Below, in pieces: positions 48,072-56,474 of a stretch of 64,000 nt of DNA. Under the pieces are notes generated by a model. It was not told where the DNA came from. It searched no databases and saw only the letters and a list, made by a program, of their open reading frames with translations. The first letter of the stretch is position 1. Every line of letters starts with the position of its first letter. Made by a program: the position numbers and the translations under genes. The DNA lies in IMG/VR virus record IMGVR_UViG_3300046499_000680, positions 1 to 64,000 of that record, one strand, 5' to 3'. Source of the DNA: a virus.

Positions 48072-48520
48072 TATGGGCCTCCTTCGGTTGATGGTTCGGG
48101 GACGATTTCCTTACCGCATTCGGGGCAGTTGTCCGATTCGCGGTTGACGATGGACTCCACCGTCGTCATAAAGCCGTGGTTGCAGTGCGGGCACGAACAC
48201 CAGACCAGTGCGATGCCGCCTTCGGGCGGCTGCTGGCCTGGTTTGAGGCTGCCGGATGCAAGCGACCGCACCGTGCTGGCAGAGGCGAGGATCGGCCGTG
48301 ACGCCTGTTCGGCGCCGGGCTGGGGCAGGGTCACGTTGCCGAGACCGATGCGTTCCATCACCTTGTCGATCATCGGGCCGACGGCGAGTTCGTAAAGCGC
48401 CTCGGGTCCCACGGTGAGCATCAAGTCCTCGATGACCTCGCGATCCCAGTCGTCCGCGCGGTCGGCGATGACCGCTGCGATCTCGTCGTAGATCGTCCAG
48501 CCGTCGCCGAACCGGCCCAT
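48071..48520 (-). CDS. Zn-ribbon hypothetical protein
   Basis: CPHC ... CPEC. Confidence 0.55.
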   Translation of the reverse strand: MGRFGDGWTIYDEIAAVIADRADDWDREVIEDLMLTVGPEALYELAVGPMIDKVMERIGLGNVTLPQPGAEQASRPILASASTVRSLASGSLKPGQQPPEGGIALVWCSCPHCNHGFMTTVESIVNRESDNCPECGKEIVPEPSTEGGP

Positions 48521-48521
48521 G

Positions 48522-49019
48522 TCAGGCGCCCTCGACCTGCGTGAAGCGCACCCACGGCGAGTTCGATGCGCCGGGCGCAATTTTGAAGTCGGTCTCGGGG
48601 TCGGCGATGCACTGCGCGGCGACGTGCATGATCTGTTCCTTACGTTCGGCGGAGACTCGCTCGCCTTCCGCAAACATGCCGTGGATCAGCGCATCCAAGT
48701 TGGCGTACGCGGTGATCTTCCGACTGGGGCGGATGACCATGAAGATGTACTCGGGTGACAGTGGGCTGATCGGGAACTTCGCCCGCAGGTCGCGGCCTAT
48801 GTCGGAGTCGGACATGTCGGTCGATCCGACAAGTTTCACCCACTCCGTATCCCAGGCGTCACCCTCGGGGTTGTTCTCCGTATCCGTCTTCGGGGACATG
48901 ACCAGGATCGTGCTGTCCTCGTCGTCGCCGGTCAGCACGACGCCCATCACCTTGCCGCTGCCATCCCACTTCGGGCCTTCGAGAACGTCGCCCGGTGCCA
49001 GCTCGTCGCGCCAGCTCAT
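48522..49019 (-). CDS. hypothetical protein
   Basis: TGATG coupling to VWA gene. Confidence 0.6.
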   Translation of the reverse strand: MSWRDELAPGDVLEGPKWDGSGKVMGVVLTGDDEDSTILVMSPKTDTENNPEGDAWDTEWVKLVGSTDMSDSDIGRDLRAKFPISPLSPEYIFMVIRPSRKITAYANLDALIHGMFAEGERVSAERKEQIMHVAAQCIADPETDFKIAPGASNSPWVRFTQVEGA

Positions 49020-50650
49020 CAGGTAATCGCCTCAGCGAGGTGCTGGGTTGCGTCATTCGTTCCGGCCAGGTCCCAAGCCGCAACCGTGTCGTCGCACATC
49101 TGCTCCAGGTAGGCGTTGGATTTCATGCCGATGGCGACACCGTGCAGCCGCACGCCGCGTTCCCGCAGCTCGTCGCGCAGGGCTACGTCGTCCTCCTGGA
49201 AGTAGTCCATGCCGTCCGTCATCAGTACGATGTCGGCGGTCTTGAACTCGGGCACCATGTCGATCAGCTCTTTTGCTTTCTCGACGCCGCCGGTCACATC
49301 GGTGCCGCCGTGGAACATGTGCGATGCGAAGTCCACGATGCGCAGCGGGTTGATCGGCTCTTTTGCCATGAAGTCCCACCGCTTGGTCTGGCCGTACGAG
49401 CTGAACTCGACGGCGGCGGCGTCACGTTTCTCCCGCTTGGCGATCGCGATGAAGCTGATTGCCAGCGAGCGCGCCCAGACGTTGGGCATGCCGTTCATCG
49501 ACCCTGAGCCGTCCAGGCAGACGATGATCGGCCCGCGCCCGGCCTCGGCGTAGCCACGGGTCTCATACTGGACCAGCGACCGTTCGTAGAAGCGCCGGAT
49601 GAAGTCGCGGCGAAGTACCGGATGGCGCAGCTTCACCTTCTCGCTCGGGAGCAAGAGCGGCAGGTCGTCGCCGAGCTTCACGTCGATGATCTCCTCGCGA
49701 CCACCAACAACACGGTTCGTTCGCCGGTAGCGGATGTCACGTTGCATCCGGCCGATCATTTTCGCCATGTCAAACAGCTCGGGATTTTCCTTCCACTTCT
49801 GCGCCAGTTCGATCATTTCGTCGGGCGACAGCTTCTGCCCGCTGCCCGGCTCGGTGCCGGGCAGGCTGCCGATGGCGTCAGTGGCTTCCTGCGCGCCTTC
49901 GAGTGCCTGGTCGATCGCTTCGATGGCACCGACGCCGATGCCTTTCTGCTGCTGTTCGGCCTGTTCTTCGGCGAGGCCCTGGCGCGCTTGCGTCTTCTGC
50001 TGCGCCTGTTCCTTGATCGCCTGCTTAAGTTCGGGGTTGACTTCGCCGCTTTCCTGGTGTTCCTGCGCGGCCTGCTGGCGCATCTGTTCGAGGGCTTCCT
50101 GCGCCCCCGTGATCTGCTGCTCCTGGTCGGACATCCTCTTGGCGCCGACCACCATCTCTTTCATCTGCTCCTGAAGCGACTCGCGCAGACCCTCAGACAT
50201 GTTGATCGTGGCGAACGCGGCCGAGATTTCGTCGTGGCGCGTGTCGGGCCGCATCGCCTGGAATTTCTCGCTGGCGATGATCTGCTGAAGGATGCGCCGG
50301 TTCAGGTCGCGCGAGGGCTTGAACTCGCCCTGGTTCTTCAGCTCCGGCTCCTGAAGCGTGTGCAATGCGCGGAAGGTGTCGCCGAACAGGTTCTGCCAAG
50401 CGACGTACTCCAGAACCTTCTCGCGTTCCTCGTCGCTCAGTTCGATGGCTTTGCCCTCGTCGTCCGTGAGGTTGTCAAGGTCCACCTCGGGCACATCGAA
50501 CATGGCGCCGCGAAAGTGTGACGCGCGTTCGGTCATGTCTTCCAGCACCCCGTCATCAAGGCGGTCGTGCCGGACTACGCTGTCGCTCAGCGCGGGAAGG
50601 TTCTTGGTGCGCTTGAACAGGTCATACACACGCTGCGACATGTCCGTCAT
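49019..50650 (-). CDS. VWA-domain protein (ViaA-like)
   Basis: LGDDLPLLLPSE, RGPIIVCLDGSGSM (MIDAS), GGTD, DIVLMTDG. Confidence 0.88.
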   Translation of the reverse strand: MTDMSQRVYDLFKRTKNLPALSDSVVRHDRLDDGVLEDMTERASHFRGAMFDVPEVDLDNLTDDEGKAIELSDEEREKVLEYVAWQNLFGDTFRALHTLQEPELKNQGEFKPSRDLNRRILQQIIASEKFQAMRPDTRHDEISAAFATINMSEGLRESLQEQMKEMVVGAKRMSDQEQQITGAQEALEQMRQQAAQEHQESGEVNPELKQAIKEQAQQKTQARQGLAEEQAEQQQKGIGVGAIEAIDQALEGAQEATDAIGSLPGTEPGSGQKLSPDEMIELAQKWKENPELFDMAKMIGRMQRDIRYRRTNRVVGGREEIIDVKLGDDLPLLLPSEKVKLRHPVLRRDFIRRFYERSLVQYETRGYAEAGRGPIIVCLDGSGSMNGMPNVWARSLAISFIAIAKREKRDAAAVEFSSYGQTKRWDFMAKEPINPLRIVDFASHMFHGGTDVTGGVEKAKELIDMVPEFKTADIVLMTDGMDYFQEDDVALRDELRERGVRLHGVAIGMKSNAYLEQMCDDTVAAWDLAGTNDATQHLAEAIT

Positions 50651-51242
50651 CCGGCGCTCCTTTGTAGTTCGATTTGTGCGGGTCGAAGCCCGGCAGGATC
50701 AGCTCGTAAGCGTCCTCGTCGGGCATCGTGAAGCTGAAGTCGATGACGATGGGGATGCCCGTTCGCTCGGCACCAACAGCGTCGGTCAGGTACTCACGGT
50801 ACAGTTCCGCCGCGCGCCAACGCGGCAGGGGCAGGAAGTACGTTGCGCGATCGGCCCAGAGCTTCGAGAACTCGGGGATCGCCTCGCCGAAAATCTTCTC
50901 GACATCGAACGGCTGGTCGCACGTTCGGCGCAGGACCACGATGCGATCGGGATCGGCGCCCGCGTCCTCGGGGTCCGGCTCCACGCAGTCGTCACAGTCG
51001 CAGTCTTCGGTGGTGCAATCCTCGTCTAGCGACGATCCGCTCCAGCCGCACGCCTGGCACTCGTAGCCGTCGTCCGTGACATCGACGTTGCCCTGGTAAT
51101 CGGGTTCGGCGTTGCGGTCAACCTCGCCGTCGTCATCAAGCGTGTAGCGGATCAACTCCGTCGCCAGCTCGCGCTGGACCAGCGAGCCGCTGTCTGCTGG
51201 CTCCGAGCAGTGCGGGCAGCCGACAAAGGCGCGTTCGCACAT
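50622..51242 (-). CDS. acidic Cys-rich hypothetical protein
   Basis: CPHC, CQAC, CxxxDCDCDDC. Confidence 0.6.
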   Translation of the reverse strand: MCERAFVGCPHCSEPADSGSLVQRELATELIRYTLDDDGEVDRNAEPDYQGNVDVTDDGYECQACGWSGSSLDEDCTTEDCDCDDCVEPDPEDAGADPDRIVVLRRTCDQPFDVEKIFGEAIPEFSKLWADRATYFLPLPRWRAAELYREYLTDAVGAERTGIPIVIDFSFTMPDEDAYELILPGFDPHKSNYKGAPDDGHVAACV

Positions 51243-51246
51243 CGGA

Positions 51247-52458
51247 TCAGCTCCCGATGCCGAGCAGCTTCTTGACGCTCTCGCGCGAGCCGGTGATGTC
51301 CTGGGCGAGCTGGTCGAGTTCGGCGGTCTCATGTCCTTCCTCTTTGCCGTTGTCGATCGCATCGCCGACGCGCTGGCTCAGCTTCTTGAGCATGTTCGAC
51401 ACCACGCCGATGTTGCCCATCAGTTCGCTGTCGGGCACGCTGCCGTCGGCGGGCATTTTCTGCTGCAAGTCGCTCAGCGCGGCCTGCTGCTCGTCAAACT
51501 CGCCGCGCAGTTTGGCCGCCTTCTTGGCGACGGCGCCTGCGTAGTCCAGCGTCAGCTCGTACGCAGTGCTGTGATCTTCGGGGTCGCTCCAAAGCACATG
51601 CTCGAAGACCTTCATGTCCTCGACCGACACCTCAGTGCGGCCGGTCAGCGCCGCCGCCGCGAGCATCAGCTTGACACCCTCGAACAGGCGCCTGGCGCTG
51701 ATCGTCAGGTTCTCCGACTCAGCGCGGGAGCGCAGTTCGACCAGCGCCTTTTTCACGTTCGGCGGGACTTCGACCTCCGTGGCCGTCGCCTGTATGGCCG
51801 CGATCTCCTCGGAGGTGACCAGCGTGGGCTTGGCGACGATCGGCTCGCCGCGTCCACGGGCGAGCTGGCCGTCGAGTACCTGCGTCAGTCCTTCGCTGGT
51901 GCGGACATGCTCGACCATCTTGGTGATGCCGAAGCGGTCGCGGAAGGCCCGCAGGTCGTCGCGGTCGGTGCCGGGCAGCTCGTTCGATGCACCCACGCAG
52001 GTCCACAGCGGGACGGTCATCGAGTGCCCGTTGTTGTGGAAGATGCGCTCGTTGATGATCGACAGAAGCGCGTTCAGCACGGTGCTGTTCGCCTTGAAAA
52101 TCTCGTCCAGGAAGGCGACGTTCGCCTCCGGGAGCTTGTCGCGCGTGATCCGCCGGAATTCGTCGTTCTCCAGCGCCGCGAGCGAGACCGGGCCGAGGAC
52201 CTGATCGCTCGGGGTGTCCTTCGCCAGCAGCACCTCGAAAAGCGAGGCGTCGGCGATGTGCGACATGAATTCGCGGATCAGGAGGGACTTCGCCACCCCT
52301 GGTTCGCCGATGAACAGCGGGTGCGAGCGGGCGATGATCGAACGGACCAGCAGGTCGATCTCGACTTCGCGCTCGGGCAGCCCAGCTTTCAGCTCGGCGA
52401 TGACGTTCTGGAGTTTGTCGGCGGGCGTCACCTTCGTCTTCGTCGCGGTCGCGGCCAT
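51247..52458 (-). CDS. MoxR/RavA-like AAA+ ATPase
   Basis: GEPGVAKS, FLDEIFKANSTVLNALLSIINERIFHN, GASNELP, AFRDRF, ISARR. Confidence 0.9.
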   Translation of the reverse strand: MAATATKTKVTPADKLQNVIAELKAGLPEREVEIDLLVRSIIARSHPLFIGEPGVAKSLLIREFMSHIADASLFEVLLAKDTPSDQVLGPVSLAALENDEFRRITRDKLPEANVAFLDEIFKANSTVLNALLSIINERIFHNNGHSMTVPLWTCVGASNELPGTDRDDLRAFRDRFGITKMVEHVRTSEGLTQVLDGQLARGRGEPIVAKPTLVTSEEIAAIQATATEVEVPPNVKKALVELRSRAESENLTISARRLFEGVKLMLAAAALTGRTEVSVEDMKVFEHVLWSDPEDHSTAYELTLDYAGAVAKKAAKLRGEFDEQQAALSDLQQKMPADGSVPDSELMGNIGVVSNMLKKLSQRVGDAIDNGKEEGHETAELDQLAQDITGSRESVKKLLGIGS

Positions 52459-52464
52459 AGTGTG

Positions 52465-53214
52465 TTAATTCCTTCCGTTCGTTCGGGTCAACTGCGGATA
52501 AGGGAAGTCGGGTACCAAGCGCTTGACCGCGAGCTGCGTCAGCTCTTTCAGGTCGGTGCGCAGTTCTTCGCGGCCCTGCTCAATCAGCTTGTCACCATAG
52601 GCGCCGCCGTTCGAGGTCGGGCTACGCATGAAGGTCCCAAAGACCGGCGGAATCACGACCTCGCCGCGCTCGAAGTGATCGAGCTGGTGCGGCCAGTGTT
52701 CCTGCTCGGCATTGGCTTTCGAGCAGCACTCGCGCGGCTGCTCCCAGTTCTGCCATGCGGTGATGATCTTGTCCGCGTGGCGTCGAAGTTTCGCCGGATA
52801 GGTGGCGACGACTCGGGCGACGGCCGCGAGGAGCGCGGGGTCGATAGGCATCTCGCAACTCCCGTTGGGATTTACGTGCGCGCCGTGTGCGTACGGCACC
52901 AACCCGTTCGCGGGATCGACCAACCAGGTCAATCCGCCCGCGCGCTCGATGCGCGCCGGAGTGAAGGTCGCTATTCGATCCAGGGTCACGTTCGTGAACC
53001 AGCCCTGATCGTTCGGCGAGCCTGGCCCGCGAAGGTCGATGGTCACGCCGTCGGGCCGGTACATGGCGATGATCGTGTCGTGCAGCTTCAGCCCGACCAG
53101 CTCGTCGGCGTAGTAGACCAGGCGCGTGTTCCGCGCGATCTTCTTGGTCGCCAACACCTCGCCGGACCGTTTGTGCTTCAGGGTCTCGACGGCATCGTTC
53201 GCAGTGGCAATCAT
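52465..53214 (-). CDS. conserved phage hypothetical protein
   Basis: KIARNTRL...LKLHDTII...GWFTNVTLDRI motif. Confidence 0.65.
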   Translation of the reverse strand: MIATANDAVETLKHKRSGEVLATKKIARNTRLVYYADELVGLKLHDTIIAMYRPDGVTIDLRGPGSPNDQGWFTNVTLDRIATFTPARIERAGGLTWLVDPANGLVPYAHGAHVNPNGSCEMPIDPALLAAVARVVATYPAKLRRHADKIITAWQNWEQPRECCSKANAEQEHWPHQLDHFERGEVVIPPVFGTFMRSPTSNGGAYGDKLIEQGREELRTDLKELTQLAVKRLVPDFPYPQLTRTNGRN

Positions 53215-53390
53215 GCGCCACCGCTCACGTCTTCAAAGGTCGGTTCGCTGTCTTCGATCGAGAGCTGCACGTCCTCGGGGCCGTCCGTCAGCCCGCTGGC
53301 GATTTCCTCGGCGCGTTCGCGGGCCTGCTTCTCAGAGTCAGCGCCGACGCGAAGCCAGCACTTGAACTCGTAGACGCCTGCGCCGGTCAT
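53211..53390 (-). CDS. small hypothetical protein (not in ORF track)
   Basis: MTGAGVYEFKCWLRVGADSEKQARERAEEI..., ATGA overlaps both sides. Confidence 0.5.
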   Translation of the reverse strand: MTGAGVYEFKCWLRVGADSEKQARERAEEIASGLTDGPEDVQLSIEDSEPTFEDVSGGA

Positions 53391-53722
53391 CGTTCGGCCG
53401 CCTCTCGCAGCTCGCGCTCGGTCAGTTCGATGTCATCGGCCGGACGGGCGCGAAGCTGGTTGCACAGCTCGGCGAAGGCTCGGAAATACTCGGGGTTCCC
53501 ATCCAGCTCGCCCGGCTCCAGCAGCGAGCCTGCCACCTCGATCACGTCGCTCGCGCTCAGCACGCGCTCAGACTCGAAGTCGTCCTCTCTAAGCCCGTCT
53601 TCGATGGCGTCGGTGTCGCTGACGATCGCCTCGGGCACATAGCGCACCGTGCAGCCTTCGCTGCCCGTGAAGGTCTCGCCGTCGTTCAGCACGACGATCT
53701 CCGAATGGTCGGGGTGGTGCAT
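53387..53722 (-). CDS. acidic hypothetical protein
   Basis: GGAGG RBS; IVVLNDGETF. Confidence 0.6.
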   Translation of the reverse strand: MHHPDHSEIVVLNDGETFTGSEGCTVRYVPEAIVSDTDAIEDGLREDDFESERVLSASDVIEVAGSLLEPGELDGNPEYFRAFAELCNQLRARPADDIELTERELREAAER

Positions 53723-54120
53723 CAGCGGAACCTCCGTTCGAGGTAGTGAGGATGGTTGAGCAGGAAAAGGTCGTGCATGAGGCACGTTCGCGGGAGGCGG
53801 GTGGAAGGTTCGCGCCCGTCGAAGATGCGCAGCAGGTCGGTGAAGACTTTGCACGACTTTGCAAAGTGGCCGCCGTCGGCGAGTTCGCGGCTCAGCCCGA
53901 TCGAGCAGGTCGCCAAATCGTATTCGGCGACGATCGACGGCGAGGCGAAGGCCGGGACGATCTGAGCTTCGACAGCACAGGCCGGGGGCGTTGCGTTCGC
54001 TGCCACGTTGTAGGCGAACTGAGCCGACGGCGACAGCGGCGCGGCGCGGGCCGTCGTCGCCAGCAGCAAGAGCATGAAGGCGCAGGCGCCTAGCGCGAAG
54101 AATCGCTTGGCGGGCAGCAT
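53722..54120 (-). CDS. secreted hypothetical protein
   Basis: Basic-hydrophobic-ARA signal peptide; paired Cys. Confidence 0.55.
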   Translation of the reverse strand: MLPAKRFFALGACAFMLLLLATTARAAPLSPSAQFAYNVAANATPPACAVEAQIVPAFASPSIVAEYDLATCSIGLSRELADGGHFAKSCKVFTDLLRIFDGREPSTRLPRTCLMHDLFLLNHPHYLERRFR

Positions 54121-54332
54121 CAGCGCGTCACCTGCTCGCGCGGCTCGCGGCGGCCGGAGATCGTCACAGATCGGCCGAAAACGCAGAAGCTGAGGTTCGC
54201 CGACAAGTGCGTCGGCGGCGCGAATTCGCCGTCGTCCAGATACCGGCAGATGACGAGGTGCGGACGCTGAAACCAGACACGCCGAATCCGCCCCTGACGC
54301 TGCCGTTCGAGCGTCCCGATGTTGACGGCCAT
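54120..54332 (-). CDS. small hypothetical protein
   Basis: TGATG coupling both sides. Confidence 0.45.
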   Translation of the reverse strand: MAVNIGTLERQRQGRIRRVWFQRPHLVICRYLDDGEFAPPTHLSANLSFCVFGRSVTISGRREPREQVTR

Positions 54333-54625
54333 CAGTTGAACACCGCCCGGCCGAGCCGATTCAGGTGCTGGCCGAGCCGTTCGTGGAAGACCTCGACCTC
54401 TGGGTCGTCGTCCGCCAGGGCGGCCGTGACGGACCTGGGAATCTCGAAGACCCTGGAGGTGCCGTTCGCCGTGTCGTGGGCGCAGACGATGGCTGAGCCG
54501 TCGCCGTCGGCAGCGAGCGCGTGATGCTCGGTGAAGTCGGGCAGCTCGGCGACCATCCCGAGGGCGTCCATGCCAGCCATCGCGGCGAAAGCCTCGTCGG
54601 TGTCGATGATCGGGAACGTCTGCAC
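54332..54625 (-). CDS. hypothetical protein
   Basis: GGAGGT RBS. Confidence 0.6.
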   Translation of the reverse strand: MQTFPIIDTDEAFAAMAGMDALGMVAELPDFTEHHALAADGDGSAIVCAHDTANGTSRVFEIPRSVTAALADDDPEVEVFHERLGQHLNRLGRAVFN

Positions 54626-54697
54626 GGCTCACCTCCATTCGTTCGTAGGATCGGGCAACTCTAACCCTGTTCGTAGAAGACTTGCGACCAGGGGGTC

Positions 54698-54802
54698 AAA
54701 AGATCGTTCGATGCGCCGCCGCGTCGCGTTTTAACCCTGCGCTAGCACGGGCGTCCCCGCTGATGAACAGGACTGGCCGACTCGACGGCGCATCCAACGA
54801 TC
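54698..54802 (-). terminator. long hairpin (25-bp arms, 51-nt insert) with U4 tail
   Basis: 54702-54726 vs 54778-54802, 22/25 WC plus one G-U on minus strand, followed by TTTT. Confidence 0.5.
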
Positions 54803-54809
54803 CGACCTT

Positions 54810-55004
54810 TCAGGGTCGCTTGTCGGCGAGCTGGTCGAACCCGTAGCCTCCAACGGTGGTCCCGTTTTCGTCCCGGATGCGACCGCTTTGCTCGCCCATC
54901 ACCTCTAGTTCGTGCGCAGCTCGGCGAAGGGCATCCGCCACATGCTGAGCCGTTGACATGAGTTCGTTGCCCATGTCGATGTCGAGGCTGAAGTTCTCGG
55001 GCAT
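54810..55004 (-). CDS. small hypothetical protein
   Basis: GAAAGGAA RBS; FSLDIDMGN...IRDENGTTVG. Confidence 0.6.
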   Translation of the reverse strand: MPENFSLDIDMGNELMSTAQHVADALRRAAHELEVMGEQSGRIRDENGTTVGGYGFDQLADKRP

Positions 55005-55020
55005 CGGGGATTCCTTTCCG

Positions 55021-55540
55021 CGTTGTAGAGCCATGTTCGTCACCACGCGCAAACACGTAATGAGGGAGGCTCGGATTAAGGTCTTCCGCACGGCTTACGT
55101 CCCGTTCGCCATCGCGATCGTGGACTGCATGCGGGAAGGTCTTCCCCGAGGCCAGATCGGCGCGTTCGCAGGGAGCAACAGAGCTTTGCTACTGGCGACG
55201 TACATCCTGGCGCTGCGGGGAGAATCGGCGCGCTACTCGGCTCGCTCGCAAGCGGCCGATCGCACGCGCCTAAAGTCTGAACTGGAGTTGCAAGTTCGTA
55301 ACGCCCGCCTGTTCGCTCTCGGGCCGCAGCGGGCTTCGTGCCATCCAAGCACGGCCCCAGTGACGTACTTACCCTTGGTCCAGGCTTTGCACGTCCGTTC
55401 GTAGACTTACACGCAACGAGTGATTCTGTTCGTTGCGAAGCGCAAACTTACGCTCCCGGAGGATGTGTGGGTCTGTGCTGAACGCTTGCTTTCGCGCCCG
55501 GCCGCTCGCTGTTCGCTACAGGCGGGGCGGATGGCACGAA
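55021..55540 (-). ncRNA. candidate large structured ncRNA / leader
   Basis: ~520 nt without credible ORF; several long-range complementarities and local hairpins; G-U pairs favour minus strand. Confidence 0.5.
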
Positions 55541-55583
55541 AACAAGCGGCGGCGCGGGCACCCTTGCGGGCACCCGCGCCGCG
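55537..55583 (-). terminator. GCAA-tetraloop hairpin followed by TTGTTTT
   Basis: GCGGCGCGGGTGCCC-GCAA-GGGTGCCCGCGCCGC just after stop of 55587-55862. Confidence 0.6.
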
Positions 55584-55586
55584 CGC

Positions 55587-55862
55587 CTACTCTTTCGGCG
55601 GGGTGAGCAGATGCGGGAACAGCGCGGTCACAGCGGTGAGCTGGACGCGCTTCATGCGACCGCCGCCGCGCGGCCTGTACTCGACGTACTCGACGCCCGA
55701 GGGCGACTGCACGATGTAGGCGTCCCCGTGTCCGCCCGCGACCTCGCAAGGCCCGAACAGCTCTTTGTACTGCGGGGACGCTTTGGCGGGCTGCGCCTGC
55801 GTGGCCGCGCGCTCCTGCGCGGCCTGGGCGATGTCCAAAGCGCTCTTGACGCTTGAAGCCAT
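55587..55862 (-). CDS. first gene of leftward early arm, hypothetical
   Basis: GGAGGT RBS. Confidence 0.6.
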   Translation of the reverse strand: MASSVKSALDIAQAAQERAATQAQPAKASPQYKELFGPCEVAGGHGDAYIVQSPSGVEYVEYRPRGGGRMKRVQLTAVTALFPHLLTPPKE

Positions 55863-55893
55863 GTTGCGATACCTCCATGTCGGGTTTCACGGG

Positions 55894-56174
55894 GTCAACC
55901 GCGAGTGTTCACCCCCACCCGTTAGCCCATGTCGGGCAACGGGCAAGGTTCTACCGTCGGGGATACAACCGCCAGCATTCACCCCCCGCCGTGGCCGCCG
56001 TGCCTAGCCCACGCCTAGGGGTGAACACTGCCGGTTATCCCACTGAGGCCGGTACAGCACCACCGGCCCACCGGGATCACCCCCCGCCGTGACCAACCGG
56101 CGGCGGCCAACCCTTCCTAGAGAATCGACCCGATCCAGCCTGAGAACGGCGGGGGGTGAACACTCCCGGTTGAC
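55894..56174. repeat. cluster of five TCACCCC-core repeats in divergent intergenic region
   Basis: Copies at 55905(+), 55978(+), 56018(-), 56077(+), 56146(-); outer pair forms 21/22 inverted repeat. Confidence 0.7.
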
Positions 56175-56206
56175 GTAGTGACCCTAGAACATCCGTCTAC
56201 GCGCAC

Positions 56207-56234
56207 TTGCGCGCGGGGGGAGTAGGTTTAACAT
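56207..56234 (+). promoter_or_regulatory. possible sigma-A type promoter TTGCGC-N16-TAACAT
   Basis: Upstream of 56268 ORF. Confidence 0.35.
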
Positions 56235-56267
56235 GGGGTCATGGTCACTTCTACGAAAGGTGCTGAC

Positions 56268-56474
56268 ATGGTTTCCAAGAGGCAGCTACTCCAAGAGCTT
56301 CAGCGGCGGATTGACGCCGCCCGCGATGCCGCCGACTGGCGCATGGCCGAGCTTTACACCTGCACCGCGCTGAGGATTCAGCGCGCGCCGAACCTTGCGG
56401 TAGCGGGCCAGACGGCCCGCGAAGTCGCCGCCACCGATGCCCGAATCAGCCTCACGGATCGGATCGGCCGATGA
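56268..56474 (+). CDS. small hypothetical protein
   Basis: GAAAGG RBS; ATGA overlap with next gene. Confidence 0.5.
   Translation: MVSKRQLLQELQRRIDAARDAADWRMAELYTCTALRIQRAPNLAVAGQTAREVAATDARISLTDRIGR

Noticed and set aside
54760-54766. CTGATGA hammerhead core; twister/twister-sister-like words on the other strand
   Set aside because: No matching GAAA and stems; required conserved elements incomplete
55120-55330. Group I intron P/Q/R/S-like words
   Set aside because: Wrong order, weak P7, no interrupted gene
54958-55719. Plus-strand ORFs 54958-55404 and 55420-55719
   Set aside because: Atypical codons, no RBS, antisense to the operon
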